This document shows positions 5,026-8,879 of a stretch of DNA of 8,879 bases, piece after piece. The DNA is taken from the sequence record Ga0255774_10005492; one strand, given 5' to 3'. The first letter of the stretch is position 1; every line of letters begins with the position of its first letter. The notes below the pieces were generated by a model. That model was not told the origin of the DNA. It saw only the letters and a program-made list of their open reading frames with translations, and did not search any database. Made by a program: the position numbers and the translations under genes. This stretch comes from a metagenome.

Positions 5026-8000
5026 TCAGACGGCGGAGATGACTCGGCGACGCTCGTCGTCGCGTACTCGCAGACGCGCGGCGTCGATGACTCTACGAAT
5101 GTCTTCGACGGATTTGGCGGTTTTCGACGCGAGGTTCGTGGAGAGCGCGGAGTACGCGTCCGCGATGATGTCGTCTCTCGGTCGACGCGTCGGAAGCGGC
5201 GGCCGTTTCTTAGCCGTTTCTTCACCGTCGTCGTCGTTGTCATCGTCAGCCTCTTGTTTTTCCGGTTGTTCGGGATTTCGCGCGACGACGCCTGGGAGAT
5301 TGTAATTGTTCGTCGCCTTTGATGATTCGACGAGCGCGGCGTCGTACTCCTCGTCTCTCGCCGCGTACTCTTCGTAGAGTTCCCGCACGCCGAGGTGGAA
5401 CCAGCTCTCGAGCGTGTCCACGGCGTTGAATCCAAGAGATACGAGCGGTTTATGAAGCGTCGCCGCCGTGTTTTTGCGCGGCTTCATAGCCTTGGCGCAC
5501 GCTCTCAAATCTCTGACGAATCGATTTGGATCGCCAATCTTGCGGTCGAGCGCGAGATCAATCAATCGTGACGCTTGTGCGCAATTGTCAAAGAAACGAT
5601 CGTATTTGCGCGTCTTGAGTAGTTCGCGCGTGCACTTGGCGATCGCCGCGCGAACGACCGCCCGAGATCGTCGAACTCGGATTCGAAGCGCCTCGCACGC
5701 CGCCTCGTGAGATTGTTCGTCATCCGCAGGCGGTTTTTCAGGCATCTTCTCGCTCGCGACAAACCTCGCCGCGACGTGCGAGCGCGAATCGGCGAACACC
5801 GCGGGTACGTCGACGTCGGCGATGTGCTCAGCCGCGCGACGCATCGTTCGTTCGACGGCTTCGGCGTCCAGACTGGGGTCGACGTCCACGAGCGCTCCAT
5901 CGCACGCAAAAAAGTGCTTGACTGCATCCGGAATCGCCTCGCTCGGTAGATTGACGGACGCGATGACGTAGAGCCCACCTTCTCCCGAGGAGGACGCGGG
6001 GTAACAATCCGAAACCGTGCTCTGCACGAGGTCCCACAGGGCGCTGGTGGTGACGCCCAAGGTTTCTCCATCTGGCTCGGCGGTTTGCGCCAGGGCCCAC
6101 AATTCTAAATCCGGCATGATGAGCGTCGTCCTCGTTCGGGTCGCCTGTCTGAGAGGTTCGAGCAGCGCCGGTCCGACGCCATGATGTGCGTCTCCGTCTC
6201 CGCAGGCTATGAGGGAAGTAAGACTGATTAAATGCGTCGAAGTGCCACTCAACGCGTTGAGCAGGACGTCGACGATTTCGCGTTGCCCGTTGCCCGGTTC
6301 GCCGGCAATGAGCAAGCGACAGCCTTGTCTCGCGGGTCCGTCGACGATCGCCTCGTCATGAGACGGCGGCGTTTTCGGTGCCAGCGCCAGCGCGTCGACC
6401 TCGGCGCAATCATCGTCGTCGTCATCGTCTCCGTTGCCCCGGACGACGTCGATGGCGCCGGCGGCGACCAACGCGCCCTCTACGTCGCCTCGTGTGGCGA
6501 GTGCCATCTTCTTGACTGCGCACCTCGGCGTCACCGGAGCCCCGCGGCGAATGAACTCGTACAATACTTGACGAACATTCTCTCCGAGAACCGGGTAGAG
6601 GTAGCTCTCGATCGGTCGTCCTCGAGGGACGAGCGCCGCCGCGGCGGTTCGCGCCGAACACGCGCTCGAAGTCGTCGTCAATGCGTGCGTCCAATCTCTC
6701 GAAGCCACCGTGATGCCCTCTCGTCGACTCTCTCGATACTTTTCTCGTCGCTTCAACGCGTCGTCTTGCGCTTCCTTGATCCGTGCACTCAGCTTTTTGT
6801 TTTCAAACTCGGGATCCATCGGGAGCAATTCAACGTTGACGTTGGGTCGAAAGAGTTGCATCCACTTTTCCTCTCCGTTGAAAATGTTCGAGTCATCGTA
6901 CTGAATCCTGTGAGTGACGGTGTTGCGATCGTAACCAACGATTGTCGCGTCGTGAAGAACGTCTTCCAACGGCCAGTACACGCGGATACGCTTTCCAAGC
7001 GCTTCAAACTGTTCCAGCGATAGGCTCGCGCCGACGCGGCCGTGAGAACTCTCGACGCGCGCCTCCTCCATCGCCGCCTCGGCGCTCGGAGGAGGCGGAA
7101 GCCTAGACTCGAGCTCGACAGCCAAAGAGTCGCGCGTTGGATCGCCCTTGAGCAAAGACGGACACGTTCTCTGAAGTGCGCTCATGAGAGCGGCGTTGGC
7201 GATGGCGCGCAAATCGGCGCCCGCGCACCCTTCGGTGCGCGCCGCGACGGCTTCGAGGGTGGCTCTCGTCGGCGCGGGCGTCCACCCGCGAGTATGCACG
7301 CCGAGAATGTCTGCTCGTGCGCGCGCATCCGGTAAACCAAAGAATAGTTCGCGGTCGAAACGACCCGGACGCCGAAGCGCGGCGTCAACCGCGTCTGGCC
7401 GATTGGTAGAGGCGACGACGACGACGGAGCCTCTGCCAGATAAGCCATCCATCAACGCGAGGAGCGTGGCCACGACGGAGGAGTGAATCTCATCCTGCGC
7501 CCCGGACGCACCGCCTCCGCCGCGTCGAGCGGGCGCCAACCCGTCAATCTCGTCGAAAAATATAATGCTCGGCTGATGCTTCTCCGCCTCCTCAAAGAGC
7601 AATCTGAGCTTGCGCTCCGCCTCGCCGCTATACTTGCCCAAGCAATCCGCGCCCAGACGACTAAAGAAACTGATTGGCCGCGGTCCTCGAGCGGCGGCGC
7701 CGAGCATGGCGCGAACTGCCGCGGTCTTACCCGTCCCCGGGGGTCCATGAAGGAGGACACCGCGCGCCGCTCCAGCGCCCAGCGTCTCAAACATTTCCGG
7801 ATACGCGAGCGGCAAAAGCGTCATCTCTTTGAGCGTCTTGACGTGCTCCTCCATGCCTGCGAGCGACTCCCAACCCTGTGAGTACGCAGACACACCCATT
7901 CCACCACCGACGACGACTCGTGGAATCTCAGACTTGTCCTTTTCGAAACGCCTCGATTCTCTCAGCCTAAAGGCTTCCTCGTCATCCGCAATGGCGCCCA

Positions 8001-8879
8001 CCTTGTCCTTTTCGGCACTCAATCGGGCGCCCGCCTCCATGACAGCCTGATAAATCGCCCCTTCCCGCGTGTTCATAAACTTTTCATCATTCATCTTGAT
8101 GCGTTTCCTCGACCCCCCGCGCCGCTGCTTGCGTCTCTTCTCCGCGTCCTCCTCGGCGGCGGCTCTAATCCTATTCAAAATCGGCGTCGCGCCCGGCGCG
8201 CGCGGCGCCACTCGCTGCGCTTCGTTCCCGCCCGCCGCACCCGACGGCCCAGCCCCGGCTCCAGTCATCGCACGACGAGCGTGGTGATCGTCTAAACCGT
8301 CCTCTCCCCCGCTCCCAGAATCCCCCCGAATCATCGTCTGCGTCGTCGTCTGCGTCGTCGTCGTCTGTTGCTGCTCCGCCTCCTCCACGCCCACGTCTTG
8401 CCAACGCGCGTCCGCCCGCTCCGTCGCCAACCTCCGCACGTGTCTCGGACACGCCAGCATAAATTCACTCTGCGCGAACGAACAATTCGCTTCGTGCGCG
8501 CACGTCAAGTGATAACTCCTCGGACACTCCTCTATCCCGCACCCGATCGCCGCGCCTTTGAGTTTACACCACGCGCACGTCATTTGTTTCGCCCGCTTCA
8601 TCGCCGTCTCAACCTTTCTCAACCGCTCCATCCGCGCGTCAAAGTACACTTCCGGGCACCACAACGCGCACGCTTGATGCGCGTGTTTCGGCGTCGTGTC
8701 CTTCCCGTCCAGGAGCACCGGTCCGACCCACTCGTCCAAGTCGAGCGCGTCGTAGCATCGTTTCAGCACCTTTTTCGGTCGTCGATTTCGGGGCTCTTTC
8801 GGGCACAAAAAGCACGTCCTCTCCAGGTGCTGCCGCGCCGACGGCGGCGCGGGGGCGACTCCACCGGCGACTCCGCCCC
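5026..8879 (-). CDS. ATAD2: ATAD2/Yta7-type chromatin-associated double-AAA ATPase; 5'-partial, with the ORF open to the window edge
   Basis: AAA1 has Walker A GPPGTGKT (7723-7746), Walker B IIFFDEIDG (7543-7566), sensor-1 ASTNRPD (7393-7413) and RRPGRFDRE. The second module is degenerate: CRLLIAGEPGNGQREI (6283-6324) and TLIMPDLELWA. These match the ATAD2 D2 signature (RILIVGEPGFGQ, VYVPHIHVWW) as I recall it. The track start at 8808 is TTG. The same frame upstream reads GGVAGGVAPAPPSARQHLERTCF with no stop to 8879, so the true start lies outside the window. Confidence 0.9.
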   Translation of the reverse strand, partial: GGVAGGVAPAPPSARQHLERTCFLCPKEPRNRRPKKVLKRCYDALDLDEWVGPVLLDGKDTTPKHAHQACALWCPEVYFDARMERLRKVETAMKRAKQMTCAWCKLKGAAIGCGIEECPRSYHLTCAHEANCSFAQSEFMLACPRHVRRLATERADARWQDVGVEEAEQQQTTTTQTTTQTMIRGDSGSGGEDGLDDHHARRAMTGAGAGPSGAAGGNEAQRVAPRAPGATPILNRIRAAAEEDAEKRRKQRRGGSRKRIKMNDEKFMNTREGAIYQAVMEAGARLSAEKDKVGAIADDEEAFRLRESRRFEKDKSEIPRVVVGGGMGVSAYSQGWESLAGMEEHVKTLKEMTLLPLAYPEMFETLGAGAARGVLLHGPPGTGKTAAVRAMLGAAARGPRPISFFSRLGADCLGKYSGEAERKLRLLFEEAEKHQPSIIFFDEIDGLAPARRGGGGASGAQDEIHSSVVATLLALMDGLSGRGSVVVVASTNRPDAVDAALRRPGRFDRELFFGLPDARARADILGVHTRGWTPAPTRATLEAVAARTEGCAGADLRAIANAALMSALQRTCPSLLKGDPTRDSLAVELESRLPPPPSAEAAMEEARVESSHGRVGASLSLEQFEALGKRIRVYWPLEDVLHDATIVGYDRNTVTHRIQYDDSNIFNGEEKWMQLFRPNVNVELLPMDPEFENKKLSARIKEAQDDALKRREKYRESRREGITVASRDWTHALTTTSSACSARTAAAALVPRGRPIESYLYPVLGENVRQVLYEFIRRGAPVTPRCAVKKMALATRGDVEGALVAAGAIDVVRGNGDDDDDDDCAEVDALALAPKTPPSHDEAIVDGPARQGCRLLIAGEPGNGQREIVDVLLNALSGTSTHLISLTSLIACGDGDAHHGVGPALLEPLRQATRTRTTLIMPDLELWALAQTAEPDGETLGVTTSALWDLVQSTVSDCYPASSSGEGGLYVIASVNLPSEAIPDAVKHFFACDGALVDVDPSLDAEAVERTMRRAAEHIADVDVPAVFADSRSHVAARFVASEKMPEKPPADDEQSHEAACEALRIRVRRSRAVVRAAIAKCTRELLKTRKYDRFFDNCAQASRLIDLALDRKIGDPNRFVRDLRACAKAMKPRKNTAATLHKPLVSLGFNAVDTLESWFHLGVRELYEEYAARDEEYDAALVESSKATNNYNLPGVVARNPEQPEKQEADDDNDDDGEETAKKRPPLPTRRPRDDIIADAYSALSTNLASKTAKSVEDIRRVIDAARLRVRDDERRRVISAV
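5340..5700 (-). other. Bromodomain-like remnant at the position of the ATAD2 bromodomain (tentative)
   Basis: CTRELLKTRKYDRFF resembles ATAD2 VTHRLAIDKRFRVFT. SRLIDLALDRKIGDPNRFVRDLRACAKAMKP resembles SSVISKIDLHKYLTVKDYLRDIDLICSNALEYNP. The PVD...PDY...PMDL ZA-loop block and the Y-N acetyl-lysine anchor are not present. Confidence 0.35.
5930..6324 (-). other. Degenerate second AAA module (D2) of the ATAD2-like protein
   Basis: GEPGNGQ replaces the P-loop (no GKT), and IMPDLE replaces Walker B. The segment ends near GLYVIASVNLPSEAIP. Confidence 0.7.
6844..6990 (-). other. Tudor/Agenet-like royal-family module inserted after the AAA1 lid
   Basis: RIRVYWPLEDVLHDATIVGYDRNTVTHRIQYDDSNIFNGEEKWMQLFRP fits the plant-type Tudor pattern R-V-x-V-Y-W-P...Y-D...H-x-I-x-Y-D-D...E-x-W. 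Confidence 0.55.
7170..7875 (-). other. Catalytic AAA+ module (D1) of the ATAD2-like protein
   Basis: It runs from GWESLAGMEEHVKTLKEM through Walker A/B, sensor-1 and the Arg finger to the lid helix ADLRAIANAALMSALQR. Confidence 0.9.
8440..8814 (-). other. Extended PHD (ePHD, zf-HC5HC2H-like) zinc-finger domain of the ATAD2-like protein
   Basis: The Cys/His pattern is CFLC...HQACALWCPEV...CAWCKLKGAAIGC...CPRSYHLTCA...ACPRH. This is the C-x2-C...H-x2-C-A-x-W-x-P-E-V...C-x2-C...G-A-x-I-G-C...Y-H-x2-C-A...C-P-x-H layout of ePHD fingers. Confidence 0.7.

Noticed and set aside
6232-7023. Plus-strand ORF of 263 aa inside the ATAD2-like gene, and other internal ORFs (5562-6071, 7452-7790, 7483-7881 and others)
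   Set aside because: They are antisense or out of frame relative to an ORF with unambiguous AAA+ motifs. They have no motifs of their own.

Overview
GC-rich, very gene-dense and apparently intron-free eukaryotic nuclear DNA. The composition, the 60-250 bp intergenic spacers and the protein set fit a compact green picoalga of the Ostreococcus/Micromonas type, but that taxon call is inference only. I support five protein-coding genes, four of them on the minus strand. (1) 544-1893 (-): a low-complexity protein with three C-T-F-x-P motifs. (2) 2146-2808 (+): a small basic protein with a lysine-rich tail. (3) 2869-4077 (-): a transglutaminase-like/TPR protein of the SirB1/UPF0162 family. (4) 4142-4810 (-): the ESCRT-III subunit VPS20/CHMP6. 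(5) 5026->8879 (-): a large ATAD2/Yta7-type double-AAA chromatin ATPase that runs off the window. The left end holds a tRNA-like 3' segment with a T6 run, followed by a sharp AT-rich island containing an 18-nt duplicate of the tRNA tail and a 10-bp inverted repeat. Several ORF-track starts are TTG printed as M (2085, 2068, 4876, 8808). I reset those starts to the first ATG, and I show that the largest ORF is open to the window edge. I see no prokaryotic-style system: no integrase, transposase, CRISPR, toxin-antitoxin or defence genes. The most unusual item is the ATAD2-like gene. It appears to combine an N-terminal extended-PHD finger, a Tudor-like module inserted in the AAA1 lid, and a degenerate bromodomain-like C-terminal region. 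All homology calls come from reading motifs by eye and need profile searches to confirm.
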